A stretch of 61,811 nucleotides of DNA from Pseudomonadota bacterium (GTDB lineage Bacteria; Pseudomonadota; Gammaproteobacteria; GCA-002705445; GCA-002716945): the NCBI GenBank assembly GCA_036163455.1, contig JAYZKL010000035.1, positions 1 to 61,811 on the forward strand. The letters run 5' to 3'. Position 1 is the stretch's first letter; each line of letters starts with the position of its first letter. The notes below the pieces were generated by a model that ran no database searches, was not told where the DNA came from, and saw only the letters and a program-made list of their open reading frames with translations. Shown one piece after another: positions 29,382 to 39,417 of this stretch. The translations under genes were made by a program, and so were the position numbers.

Positions 29382-29999
29382 TTACTTCAAATCAATTCGT
29401 TCTTTTTCAACTAAAAAATTAACAACATCATATAATTCATCATAAGAACTGACAAAAGAACCACTTGTTAAATACTTACCATTTACAACAATAGTTGGCA
29501 CTGATGTTATTTGATATTTTCTAGCCAATTTATTAGCTTTTTTTATACGTATTTCAGTTCCAAATGACTCAAAGTTCTTTGAAAAAATTGAACCATCAAA
29601 ACCTTGAGCATCTATAAAATCTACTAAACTAGATTTGGTGTCTAATCGATTTCCATTTATATGAATCTCTTCAAAAATCTTTGCATGTAAATTACTATCA
29701 ATATCCATTTGCTGCATTGAATAGAAAGCTTTTGCGTGATTCATCCATGATTCCCTTAGCGCCAAAGGTAATTTTATCATAATGGTATCTTTGTCTAAAT
29801 TTGACTCAATTTTTTCAATAGTGGGCTCTATATTAAAACAATGGGGACAGCCATACCAAAAAAATTCATAAATAACTATTTTATCATGTTCAGCTTGTTT
29901 AGAATTTGAAATTTGAACATACTTTTGAGGACTATTTTCAGCATAAATAAAATTACTAAATGTAATGGCTAAAAATAAGAATATACTTTTTTTCATCAA
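29382..29999 (-). CDS. dsbA: thiol:disulfide interchange protein DsbA
   Basis: Signal peptide, active site FFWYGCPHCFN, and the cis-Pro block ITSVPTIVVNGKY. The dsbA-cc4 neighbourhood matches Pseudomonas. Confidence 0.88.
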   Translation of the reverse strand: MMKKSIFLFLAITFSNFIYAENSPQKYVQISNSKQAEHDKIVIYEFFWYGCPHCFNIEPTIEKIESNLDKDTIMIKLPLALRESWMNHAKAFYSMQQMDIDSNLHAKIFEEIHINGNRLDTKSSLVDFIDAQGFDGSIFSKNFESFGTEIRIKKANKLARKYQITSVPTIVVNGKYLTSGSFVSSYDELYDVVNFLVEKERIDLK

Positions 30000-30610
30000 T
30001 ATAATCCTTGTATATATTCTGCAACAGACTTTATCTCATCATCGGTCATTCTATGAACGATATTACGCATCATTTTATTTGGGTCATTAGATCTGGTTCC
30101 TGAACGGAAATCTTTTAATTGTTTCTCTATATACTGTGCATGTTGACCTGAAAGAGAAGGTATTCCTGCAGCATAGTTGCCCTGCCCATTAGGACCATGA
30201 CACGCTATACAAGCTTGTATTTTATATTCCATTACACCACCTCTATAAATATCCTGTCCAGTCTGAAAATATTCATCTTTTGTTGTTCCTACTGACTTTT
30301 CTAATGATGAATAGTATAGCGCCAAACTTTCAATATCATCATCAGATAGAGCTGACGTTATTCCATACATAATTGAATTATTCCTATTGCCATTAGCCCC
30401 TTTCTTAAATTCTAGCATTTGAGATTTTATATATTTTGGATGCTGACCAGCCAAATTTGGCCAAATCGGATTTACGCTTATACCGTTAGCTCCATGACAA
30501 GCAACACAGGACTCACTTTTTTCTTTTCCCTTACTGATATCAGCAGAAAAAATACCTTTAGAGAAAATTAATGCTGCTGTAGTTAATAACAATATAAGTG
30601 GTTTTTTCAT
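29996..30610 (-). CDS. dihaem cytochrome c4
   Basis: Signal peptide and two haem motifs (CVACH and CIACH) in two repeated ~90-aa domains. Confidence 0.88.
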   Translation of the reverse strand: MKKPLILLLTTAALIFSKGIFSADISKGKEKSESCVACHGANGISVNPIWPNLAGQHPKYIKSQMLEFKKGANGNRNNSIMYGITSALSDDDIESLALYYSSLEKSVGTTKDEYFQTGQDIYRGGVMEYKIQACIACHGPNGQGNYAAGIPSLSGQHAQYIEKQLKDFRSGTRSNDPNKMMRNIVHRMTDDEIKSVAEYIQGLY

Positions 30611-30658
30611 CTCAGGACATTATTATATCTTATAGTAGGAATTCTTCAAATCAAGATA

Positions 30659-33343
30659 CTAATGAGCATCTCCCCAATTCTCATTAACACCAACTTCTAC
30701 AAGTAAAGGGACACTCAATTTAAGAGGATTGGACATTATCTCATTTATTTTTTCTACAGCTTCATCAACAAAATTTTCTTGTATTTCAAAAACAAGCTCA
30801 TCATGCACCTGCATAATAATTTTCACCGGACATTTAGATTTCTGTATCCACGCATCAATGTCAATCATTGCAATTTTTATTATATCCGCAGCTGTACCTT
30901 GTATTGGTGCATTGATAGCAGTTCTTTCTGCAGCGCTTCTTATTTGAAAATTAGTATGTTTAATATTGGGTATAAAAATTTTTCTGCCTAAGATTGTTCG
31001 AATAAAACCACTCTTTTTAGTTTCCTTTTTACATAATTCCATAAATTTTCTAACACCACTATATTTTTGGAAATATGTTTCAATATATTGTTTAGCAGAA
31101 TTATTGTCTATACCTAATTGCTTTGCTAAGCCAAAAGATGATATACCATAAATAAGACCAAAATTTATTGTTTTAGCATATCTTCTTTGTTCATCATCTG
31201 GTTTTGAATCAATATTGAATATCTCCTTTGCAGTTGATGCATGTACATCTTCATTGTTTAAAAAATTTTTTGTCAAATTCTTATCCTTTGATAAATGAGC
31301 CATTACACGTAACTCGATTTGTGAGTAATCTGCTGAAACTATCTTACATTTTTTTTCAGCTATAAAGGCAGATCTGATTTTTTTTCCATCATCAGATCTT
31401 ATTGGTATATTTTGTAAATTAGGGTCACTAGATGATAGTCTACCCGTTATAGTCACTGCTTGATGATAAGAGGTATGCAATCTTCCAGTTTTATTATTAA
31501 TTTGTTGCCCCAGTCTATCTGTATAAGTATTAATAAGTTTCATTAAATTTCTAAATTGTAATACGAGTTTTGCTATTTCATAATTTTGTGAAAGCTCTTG
31601 TAGAACATCTTCGCTTGTGGAAGGTTGTCCCTTAGGAGTTTTCCTTATAATAGGAATTCCTAAAGTATCAAAAAATATTTCCTGCAATTGTTTTGGTGAA
31701 CCAATATTAAATTCTTTGCCTGCTAACCTGTAAATATCTTTCTCAATTTTTTGAGATTTATTTTTTAAATTTTTATTTTGTGATTGTAAATTTTTTTTAT
31801 CTAATAATACTCCGTTATCTTCAATTCTTGCGATTACACCAACAAGTGGTCTTTCTACTTCTTGATATAGTTTTTTCTGTTTGTCATCATCTATTTTTTC
31901 ATTAAAAAAACTATATAATCGAAAGGTTACATCTGCATCCTCGCATGCATAGTCAGATGCAGTCTGAATATCAATTTCTGAGAATTTTTTTTGCTTAACT
32001 CCCTTACCCACAATATCTTCATACTCTATCATCTTATGATTTAAATATTTTTGACTGAGCGTAGATAAATCATGCCTACCTGAAGAATTAAAAACATACG
32101 ATAAAACCATTGTGTCTTCAATATTTGATTTTATATTTATGTCATATTTCTTTAGAACATTTATATCATATTTTATATTTTGTCCAATAATTTTATTTTT
32201 TTCATTCTCTAATAAATCCTTTAATTTTTTCTTTAATTCAGAAGTGAGTTTTATGTTCTTGTTTGCTGTCTTGTGATTAATTGGTATATAAAAACCATTA
32301 TATGGTTCAGTAGAAAATGAAACTCCCACTAATTCAGCATTCATATGATCAAGTGAAGTTGTTTCTGTATCAAAAGAAAAGACCTTTAGTTTGTTTAATA
32401 AATCAATTAATTCATTAAAATCTCTCTCATTAGAAATTATCTTGTAAGATGTCTCATGTATTTCTTGAGGTTGCTCATCTATGCTAAGATTGCTGGCTAT
32501 ATTTTTTAATTCATATTTTTGAACTATTTCAGCAAGCTTTTTCTCATTTCTACTTTTGATTTTATATTGATTGATTTCTGTATCTACATCGACATCAAGT
32601 TTCAATTGAATTAAACTTCTAGACATCTCAATGAAACTTTCAAAATTAGATAAATTTTCCTTCAATTTTCCTGTTATTTCTTCAAGTTTAGAAAAAATTC
32701 CTTCAATTGATTTATATTTAGAGAGTAATTCCATAGCTTTTTTTGGACCAACCTTATCTACACCAGGTATATTATCTGATGAATCACCCATTAACATGAG
32801 ATATTCTAAAATTTGATTTGGTAAAACTCCAAACTTTTCCTTAACTCCTGCTACATCAAGAACCTTTTCATCCATACTATTGATCAGAACAATATCTGGA
32901 GTGACCAGCTGAGCTAAGTCTTTATCGCCAGATGATATTATAACTTGGTTTTTTTTTGATGATAATTTTGTAGCTAATGTTGCAATAACATCATCAGCTT
33001 CTACATCTGGAATCTGCAAAACAGAAATTCCAAGTGACCTTATAAAATCTATTAATGGAGGTACTTGTTCACTTAATTCTTTTGGCATTGGTTTTCTATT
33101 AGCTTTATATTTTTTATAAAGATTATGTCTAAAAGTTTTTCCTTTTGAATCAAATATTACTGATAAATATTTAGGCTCATATGTTTTAATAAGTTTATTA
33201 ATCATATTAATAACGCCATGTATTGCTCCAGTACTAAACCCTGAAACAGTTGTTAAATTTGGAAGAGCATAAAATGCTCTATACAAATAAGAAGAGCCAT
33301 CAACGAGAACAAAATTATCTCTATTTTTATTAGCCAAAATCAT
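30659..33343 (-). CDS. polA: DNA polymerase I
   Basis: 894 aa. It has a 5'-nuclease N-terminus (VLVDGSSYLYRAFYA), a 3'-5' exonuclease domain (FSFDTETTSL), and polymerase motifs DYSQIELRVMAH and QVHDELVFE. Confidence 0.95.
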   Translation of the reverse strand: MILANKNRDNFVLVDGSSYLYRAFYALPNLTTVSGFSTGAIHGVINMINKLIKTYEPKYLSVIFDSKGKTFRHNLYKKYKANRKPMPKELSEQVPPLIDFIRSLGISVLQIPDVEADDVIATLATKLSSKKNQVIISSGDKDLAQLVTPDIVLINSMDEKVLDVAGVKEKFGVLPNQILEYLMLMGDSSDNIPGVDKVGPKKAMELLSKYKSIEGIFSKLEEITGKLKENLSNFESFIEMSRSLIQLKLDVDVDTEINQYKIKSRNEKKLAEIVQKYELKNIASNLSIDEQPQEIHETSYKIISNERDFNELIDLLNKLKVFSFDTETTSLDHMNAELVGVSFSTEPYNGFYIPINHKTANKNIKLTSELKKKLKDLLENEKNKIIGQNIKYDINVLKKYDINIKSNIEDTMVLSYVFNSSGRHDLSTLSQKYLNHKMIEYEDIVGKGVKQKKFSEIDIQTASDYACEDADVTFRLYSFFNEKIDDDKQKKLYQEVERPLVGVIARIEDNGVLLDKKNLQSQNKNLKNKSQKIEKDIYRLAGKEFNIGSPKQLQEIFFDTLGIPIIRKTPKGQPSTSEDVLQELSQNYEIAKLVLQFRNLMKLINTYTDRLGQQINNKTGRLHTSYHQAVTITGRLSSSDPNLQNIPIRSDDGKKIRSAFIAEKKCKIVSADYSQIELRVMAHLSKDKNLTKNFLNNEDVHASTAKEIFNIDSKPDDEQRRYAKTINFGLIYGISSFGLAKQLGIDNNSAKQYIETYFQKYSGVRKFMELCKKETKKSGFIRTILGRKIFIPNIKHTNFQIRSAAERTAINAPIQGTAADIIKIAMIDIDAWIQKSKCPVKIIMQVHDELVFEIQENFVDEAVEKINEIMSNPLKLSVPLLVEVGVNENWGDAH

Positions 33344-33404
33344 ATAACCTTAGATAAGTTTATTTCAAAAAAAGATTTATAACTTATAATAAGCTGAAAA
33401 AGCC

Positions 33405-34346
33405 ATGTCTGTATATACTAAAATAACCAATGATGAGTTGGAATTACACCTTGAGAATTACTCATTAGGAAAGATTATAAATTTTTCTGGTATTTCTGAA
33501 GGCATAGAAAATAGCAATTATTTATTGAATACAGAAAATGGAGATTTTATATTTACTATCTTTGAAGCTATCAGCGCTGATAGAGTTATTGACTATCTTT
33601 CATTTATGAATCATATAAATAAAAAAGGGTTACTATCTCCATTGGTTATTGAAACTAAGAGTGGCAAATTATCTAAAAGCATTCAAGATAAACCTTCAGC
33701 AGTAATAGAAAAATTAGAAGGTAAATCAATTGTTCAACCAACAAATAATCATTGTGAACAACTAGGAAAGATTCTTGCTAATTTTCACTTATGCGGTCAA
33801 GATTTTTCAATTGGAATTACAAATGCTAGAGGTTCAATTTGGGCTAAAAATTCTCTAGAAAGACTTAATGGATTGATAAATAAAAATCAATTAAACTTAA
33901 TTCAAAAATCTATTGAAATCCAAGAAGAGTTTTTAAACAGTGATTTACCAACAGGTATGATTCATGCAGATCTTTTTAGAGATAATGTTTTATACTCGGC
34001 AGATAAAATCTCAGGCATCATTGATTTTTACTACTCATGTTGCGGCCCATATATCTATGATTTGGCTATTGTAGTAAATGATTGGTGTAATCAAGAGAAT
34101 AACTCTATCAACGAAGAAAAATTTAATCACCTACTAGCAGAATATAATAAATATCGGGAAATCAGTGATATAGAAAAAACTTTATGGAAACATGCATTAG
34201 TGTCAGCAGCTCTTAGATTCTATCTTTCTAGATTGACTGACCTGCATTATCCAAAAATTGGCGAAATAACACATATTAAAGACCCATCTATTTTTGAAAA
34301 TATATTAATTGATAGAATAGAGAGTAATTATCAGATTTTATTATGA
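33405..34346 (+). CDS. thrB: homoserine kinase, aminoglycoside-phosphotransferase-fold type (ThrB type II)
   Basis: MSVYT.I....L..HL..Y.LG, GIENSNY, and the catalytic MIHADLFRDNVL. It is divergent from polA, as in Pseudomonas. Confidence 0.85.
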   Translation: MSVYTKITNDELELHLENYSLGKIINFSGISEGIENSNYLLNTENGDFIFTIFEAISADRVIDYLSFMNHINKKGLLSPLVIETKSGKLSKSIQDKPSAVIEKLEGKSIVQPTNNHCEQLGKILANFHLCGQDFSIGITNARGSIWAKNSLERLNGLINKNQLNLIQKSIEIQEEFLNSDLPTGMIHADLFRDNVLYSADKISGIIDFYYSCCGPYIYDLAIVVNDWCNQENNSINEEKFNHLLAEYNKYREISDIEKTLWKHALVSAALRFYLSRLTDLHYPKIGEITHIKDPSIFENILIDRIESNYQILL

Positions 34347-34843
34347 AAAGCATACAAGAACTTATAGATAATTTTATTGAAAGAATTGGTTACTTGATTG
34401 GTTTTATGGTTGTAATCATGGTTTTTTTAGTAATTTTAACTCTATTTCTCAGATATTTTCTAAACATTGGTAGTGTTGCTCTGCAAGAATCAATTATGTA
34501 TTTGCATGCAATATTTTTTATGTTTGGAATATCTTTTGCCATAAAAGAAAATGCTCATGTGAAAATTGATATCCTATCAAACAAATTTAGCGCTAGGAGA
34601 AAAAATCTTGTATTTATCATGGGCATTATTTTTTTTATGATTCCATTTGCACTGTTTGTTATTTTCATAAGCACAGATATGGTAATTAATTCTTGGAGTG
34701 TTATGGAACAATCTAGTGAAGCCGGAGGGTTAAATTTAGTTTATTTATTAAAAAGCATTATCCCACTAACTGGACTTCTCATTTTTTTTCAAAGTATTTC
34801 TGAACTTATAAAAAATATAACCTCTTTTTTAAATGAATATTGA
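34343..34843 (+). CDS. TRAP transporter small permease subunit (DctQ family)
   Basis: 166 aa with 4 TM helices. It lies immediately upstream of and overlaps the DctM-family gene. Confidence 0.8.
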   Translation: MKSIQELIDNFIERIGYLIGFMVVIMVFLVILTLFLRYFLNIGSVALQESIMYLHAIFFMFGISFAIKENAHVKIDILSNKFSARRKNLVFIMGIIFFMIPFALFVIFISTDMVINSWSVMEQSSEAGGLNLVYLLKSIIPLTGLLIFFQSISELIKNITSFLNEY

Positions 34844-36197
34844 ATACATTGCTATTTTATTTGTTTTAACTACTTTTGGATTTCTCTTATCAGGATTCCC
34901 CGTAGCTTTTGTCTTGTCAGGAATTTCACTCATTTTTGCATATCTAGGAATTATGTTCGATATATTTGATTATTCATATCTATTAGCCTTCCCTAATCGT
35001 GTTTACGGCATAATGGTTAATCAAAATTTGCTAGCAGTACCTTTATTTATTTTTATGGGTTCAGTTTTGGAAAAAACTAATATAGCAGAAAACTTACTTA
35101 AATCTATGAACCAATTATATAAAAATAATTCTAGTGGTTTAGGGGTTTCTGTCATAATTGTTGGTACTTTAATGGCTGCTAGTACAGGAATTGTAGGAGC
35201 AAGTGTCGTAACGCTAGGCCTGCTATCTCTTCCTGTGATGTTGAAAAATGGTTATCCATCTTCACTTGCTTGTGGGACTATTTGCGCATCTGGTACTTTA
35301 GGACAGATAATACCTCCTTCCCTTGTATTGATTTTATTAGCTGATGTTTTGTCTTCAGCCTATCAACAAGCACAATTAAACGCTGGAATATTTTCACCAG
35401 AAACAATAACAATCGGTGATCTTTTTGCTGGAGCAATCATTCCAGGATTATTACTTCCAGTACTATATATTTTTTATATAAAATCTAAAAATATTAGATC
35501 GATTGAAAGCCAAAATAAAAATGCTTATAGTGAAGACAACATAAACTTATTTAAATCAATTCTTCCACCATTTATTTTAATTTTTCTTGTTTTGGGTTCA
35601 ATTATCTTTGGTATAGCAACACCTTCAGAAGCTGCAGCTGTAGGAGCAGCAGGTTCATTAAGTATAGCTTTTACACAAGGTAAATTTACAAAAAATATTT
35701 TAGAAAAAACATCTAGGGAAACTATGAAAATAACTAGTATGGTATTTATGATTTTACTTGGTGCAACACTCTTCTCCCTTGTTTTTCGTGGTTTTGAAGG
35801 AGAGTTATTAATACACAATCTATTGATAGAAATACCATCTGATAAATATATGTCATTATTAATTGTACTTACACTCATGTTCTTCTTGGGTTTCATTTTA
35901 GATTTTATTGAGATTATATTTATTGTAATTCCATTATTTGGCCCTACTTTATTTTCTCTTGGTTTTGACCCTGTTTGGATTGGAATTTTAATCGCAATGG
36001 TGTTGCAAACCTCATTTCTTACTCCTCCATTTGGGTTCTCATTATTTTATTTACGTGGTGTTGCACCAAAAAATATCTCAACCTTTGAAATCTATAACGG
36101 AGTCTATCCATTTATTGGTATACAGGTTTTAGTAATTATAGCTATTTATCTGTTCCCTGGTATGACTACGTTTTTGCCAGAATTTTTCTTCGGCTAA
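34833..36197 (+). CDS. TRAP transporter large permease subunit (DctM family)
   Basis: 454 aa, polytopic, with a DctM-type pattern (..GTLGQIIPPS..; ..PPFGFSLFYLRGVAP..). Confidence 0.85.
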   Translation: MNIEYIAILFVLTTFGFLLSGFPVAFVLSGISLIFAYLGIMFDIFDYSYLLAFPNRVYGIMVNQNLLAVPLFIFMGSVLEKTNIAENLLKSMNQLYKNNSSGLGVSVIIVGTLMAASTGIVGASVVTLGLLSLPVMLKNGYPSSLACGTICASGTLGQIIPPSLVLILLADVLSSAYQQAQLNAGIFSPETITIGDLFAGAIIPGLLLPVLYIFYIKSKNIRSIESQNKNAYSEDNINLFKSILPPFILIFLVLGSIIFGIATPSEAAAVGAAGSLSIAFTQGKFTKNILEKTSRETMKITSMVFMILLGATLFSLVFRGFEGELLIHNLLIEIPSDKYMSLLIVLTLMFFLGFILDFIEIIFIVIPLFGPTLFSLGFDPVWIGILIAMVLQTSFLTPPFGFSLFYLRGVAPKNISTFEIYNGVYPFIGIQVLVIIAIYLFPGMTTFLPEFFFG

Positions 36198-37283
36198 TCA
36201 ATCTCTAAATTTAATATATGATTTTTCAGAAAGTTTAGTCCAAGGAATAACTTCTTTTTGGAATTTTGTATAAGACTCATGAACTTCCTTAGTAATTGAA
36301 TCAGTCTTGCCTATTTCATTTACAACTTCCATGGATAATTTCTTCAGAAATTTCATTACTTTTTCTGGAAACTCATTAATACTTATCTTTTCAGAAATTA
36401 AATATTGCAAAGCTTGATTATTTTTTGATGTGTAGTCAGCCAACATATCAATGTTAGCAGCTTTACAAGAAAGATCTATTATATGTTTTAAATCAGTTGG
36501 TAATTTATTATATGCATCTTTGTTTATAATACATTCTATTGTTGGTCCAGGTTCATGCCATCCCGGATAATAATAATATTTTGCAGCTTTATGTAAACCG
36601 AATGCTCGATCATTATAGGGGCCAACCCACTCAGTTGCATCTATAGCGCCTGTTTGTAGTGCAGTAAATAGTTCAGTTCCCGGTAAAGTTATAGGAACCC
36701 CTCCAGCTCTGGCTAAAACTTCACCTCCCAAGCCTGGGATCCTCATTTTTAAACCTTGCAAATCTTTGGGGGTATTAATCTTTTTATTAAACCATCCGCC
36801 CATTTGAACACCAGTGTTACCCGCTGGTCTTGGTATTAGATTAAATTGGGTATACAACTTTTCCCAGAGTTTTAATCCATCACCATAATATAACCATGCA
36901 TTCATTTCTTGTGCATTGAGACCAAAAGGGACTGAAGAAAAAAATTGGCATGCCTGACTTTTTCCTTTCCAATAATAAGCTCCTGAATGACCAAGTTCCG
37001 CACCACCATTAGATACGTAATCAAAAACTTCTAAAGGAGGGACCAATTCATTAGCTCCAAAAACTTTGATTTTAATTCTGTTATTTGATAATTGATTTAT
37101 AATTTTTGCTAGATGCTCAGCTCCAACACCTAAGCCTGGGAAGTTTTTTGGCCAAGATGTAACCATCTTCCATTTAAATTCAGTTTTTGATTTTGAAGAA
37201 GCTGCCTTCGATGTTAATATTGATCCACCTAAAAGTGATAGCCCAATTGATTTAATAAAATCTCTTCTTTTTATTTTCTTCAT
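36198..37283 (-). CDS. TRAP transporter substrate-binding protein (DctP-like) with a twin-arginine signal
   Basis: Tat-type N-terminus KRRDFIKSIGLSLLGG, then the WPKNFPGLG...ELGHSGAYYW pattern of the COG4663-type TRAP binding proteins as I remember it. It is convergent with dctM with a zero-nt gap. Confidence 0.75.
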   Translation of the reverse strand: MKKIKRRDFIKSIGLSLLGGSILTSKAASSKSKTEFKWKMVTSWPKNFPGLGVGAEHLAKIINQLSNNRIKIKVFGANELVPPLEVFDYVSNGGAELGHSGAYYWKGKSQACQFFSSVPFGLNAQEMNAWLYYGDGLKLWEKLYTQFNLIPRPAGNTGVQMGGWFNKKINTPKDLQGLKMRIPGLGGEVLARAGGVPITLPGTELFTALQTGAIDATEWVGPYNDRAFGLHKAAKYYYYPGWHEPGPTIECIINKDAYNKLPTDLKHIIDLSCKAANIDMLADYTSKNNQALQYLISEKISINEFPEKVMKFLKKLSMEVVNEIGKTDSITKEVHESYTKFQKEVIPWTKLSEKSYIKFRD

Positions 37284-37284
37284 T

Positions 37285-39417
37285 TTATAAAAATTCCAAA
37301 TTACTGTAATTTAAAACCAAAACTTTATAACCATAACTATCAAAGTTTATATGAAGTTTTAAATCATCTCTAGCCCCTTCATATCTTTGTATAATTCCTT
37401 CTCCAAACTTTACATGCCTTACTCTTTGTCCTACTTTAAAAAAATATTTTTTGTTTGATGGTTTCGAAATACTTGAATTATAATTAGATTTAGATACTGT
37501 TTCTGACTTAATACCTTCAATCATTTCATCAGGTATTTCACTTAGAAACCTAGATGGTCCATTAGAAGGATTATAGCCTCCCTCTCTAAACTCTGTATAG
37601 CTAAAGAAAAGCAATTTTTTTGCTCTTGTAATTGCAACATAACACAACCTTCTTTCTTCTTCTAAAAAGTCATCCTCGGTATCTCTTCTATAATTTGGGA
37701 AAATACCATCTTCCAATCCCATTAGAAAAACAATTGGAAACTCAAGCCCTTTTGCAGAATGGATTGTCATAATTTGTAATGGATCTTCATGTGTTCTTGA
37801 TTGATACTCGCCAGCTTCTAATGCCGCATTATCTAGAAAATCCCTAATTAAGTCATCACTATCAACATTACTATTTTCATAAGACTCTGCATGAGATATC
37901 AATTCTTCAAGGTTTTCTTGTTTAGATACTGATTCTTCACCTTTTAAATTCTCATAATATGATTTTAGAGTAGATAATTTAATTGTATTTTCAATTAAAG
38001 TAGATAGGTCAGATGTTTTTATTAATGAAGAAATTTTCTCTATAATTTCAATAAAAGATCTGATTGAATCAATTGAGCGTGTAATATTTAATTTATCAAG
38101 GCTTTGTATAGATTCCCATAATGAAATAGAATGAGATTTTGAATAGTTCCTAATAACCTCCATAGTTTTTTCGCCAATGCCTCTGGGTGGAACATTTATA
38201 ATTCTCTCAAATGCTGTGTTATCTGAAGAATTAGCGGCTAATCTAAGATAAGCAATCACATCTTTTATTTCTGCTCTTTCAAAAAAACGAAATCCTCCAA
38301 AAACTACATACGGTATCTGTCTGGCACTTAATTCTCCTTCTAATGTACGAGAAAGAAAATTGGCTCGATATAATATAGCAATGTCAGATCTTTTATAACC
38401 ATTCTCAAAAAACCAATTAATCTTTTCAGCAATGAATCTGCATTCTTCTTTTGAACTATCAGCCCTATAAAGGTAGACAGGTTCCCCTTTTTTTGAAGAT
38501 GTCCATAAGTCCTTGCCTAATCTATTTTGGTTCTTTTTAATTAAACTATTAGCGACATCTAAAATTTTACTTGTTGATCTATAGTTTTGTTCTAATTTGA
38601 ACATTTCAACATTAGAAAATTCTTTTTTAAAGAGTTGTATATTTTTACTGCGTGCACCTCTCCAAGCATAGATTGATTGATCGTCATCTCCAACAGCATA
38701 CAACGAGCCTTTCTCTCCATTTAATATTTTAAGAAGATTAAATTGCAGAGTATTAGTATCCTGAAACTCATCAACCATAATATGTTGAAATCTATCGTTG
38801 TAATATTTTAGAAGTTCAGGTTTATTTTTAAGCGTCTCATAAGTAGTTAAAATCAAATCTGCAAAATCTAGTGATTTTGTTTGTATTCGTGCTTCTTCAT
38901 AATCTCTAAAAATATCTCTGTAAGCATCATCCTTATCTGATGAATTAGAAATTCTCTCTCCCTTATCTTTTCTTGAATTGATGAATGATTGTAAAGCTTT
39001 TGGAACATAAATTTTTTCATCAAGATTTCTTGATTTAATAACCCTTTTAATTATCCTTAATTGATCTTGTGAATCGAGTATGGTGAAAAATTCAGAAATT
39101 CCTGCATCCTTCCAATGTATTTTTAAAAACCTTCTACAAATCCCATGAAATGTTCCAAACCATAGGCCTTGAGATGAAATTCTAAGTAGGCTTTCTATTC
39201 TTTGCTTCATTTCATTAGCTGCCTTATTAGTAAAAGTTAAAGCCAAAATATTGCTTGGCTTAATGTTAAAATCTTGAATTAGTTTTGCCACTCTGCAAGT
39301 TAAGACTTTTGTTTTTCCACTGCCTGCGCCAGCTAGAATTAATTTATTACCCTGACTACAATTTACAGCATCTTCTTGCTGTTCATTTAATTCCCCAAAT
39401 TCTACCTTCTCCATCAC
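37285..39417 (-). CDS. uvrD: DNA helicase II (UvrD)
   Basis: SF1 motifs AGAGSGKTKVL, VDEFQDTN, GDDDQSIYAWRGA, QNYRST and TIHSAKGLEF. The C-terminus GQRVRHVKFGEGII aligns with the E. coli UvrD tail GQRVRHAKFGEGTI. Confidence 0.88.
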   Translation of the reverse strand: MMEKVEFGELNEQQEDAVNCSQGNKLILAGAGSGKTKVLTCRVAKLIQDFNIKPSNILALTFTNKAANEMKQRIESLLRISSQGLWFGTFHGICRRFLKIHWKDAGISEFFTILDSQDQLRIIKRVIKSRNLDEKIYVPKALQSFINSRKDKGERISNSSDKDDAYRDIFRDYEEARIQTKSLDFADLILTTYETLKNKPELLKYYNDRFQHIMVDEFQDTNTLQFNLLKILNGEKGSLYAVGDDDQSIYAWRGARSKNIQLFKKEFSNVEMFKLEQNYRSTSKILDVANSLIKKNQNRLGKDLWTSSKKGEPVYLYRADSSKEECRFIAEKINWFFENGYKRSDIAILYRANFLSRTLEGELSARQIPYVVFGGFRFFERAEIKDVIAYLRLAANSSDNTAFERIINVPPRGIGEKTMEVIRNYSKSHSISLWESIQSLDKLNITRSIDSIRSFIEIIEKISSLIKTSDLSTLIENTIKLSTLKSYYENLKGEESVSKQENLEELISHAESYENSNVDSDDLIRDFLDNAALEAGEYQSRTHEDPLQIMTIHSAKGLEFPIVFLMGLEDGIFPNYRRDTEDDFLEEERRLCYVAITRAKKLLFFSYTEFREGGYNPSNGPSRFLSEIPDEMIEGIKSETVSKSNYNSSISKPSNKKYFFKVGQRVRHVKFGEGIIQRYEGARDDLKLHINFDSYGYKVLVLNYSNLEFL

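Noticed and set aside
35525-35896. 123-aa minus-strand ORF inside dctM. Similar 60-100-aa antisense ORFs lie within polA, ubiB, spoT, gshA and priA.
   Set aside because: They are embedded antisense in strongly supported genes, and their composition mirrors the sense gene. I consider them spurious.
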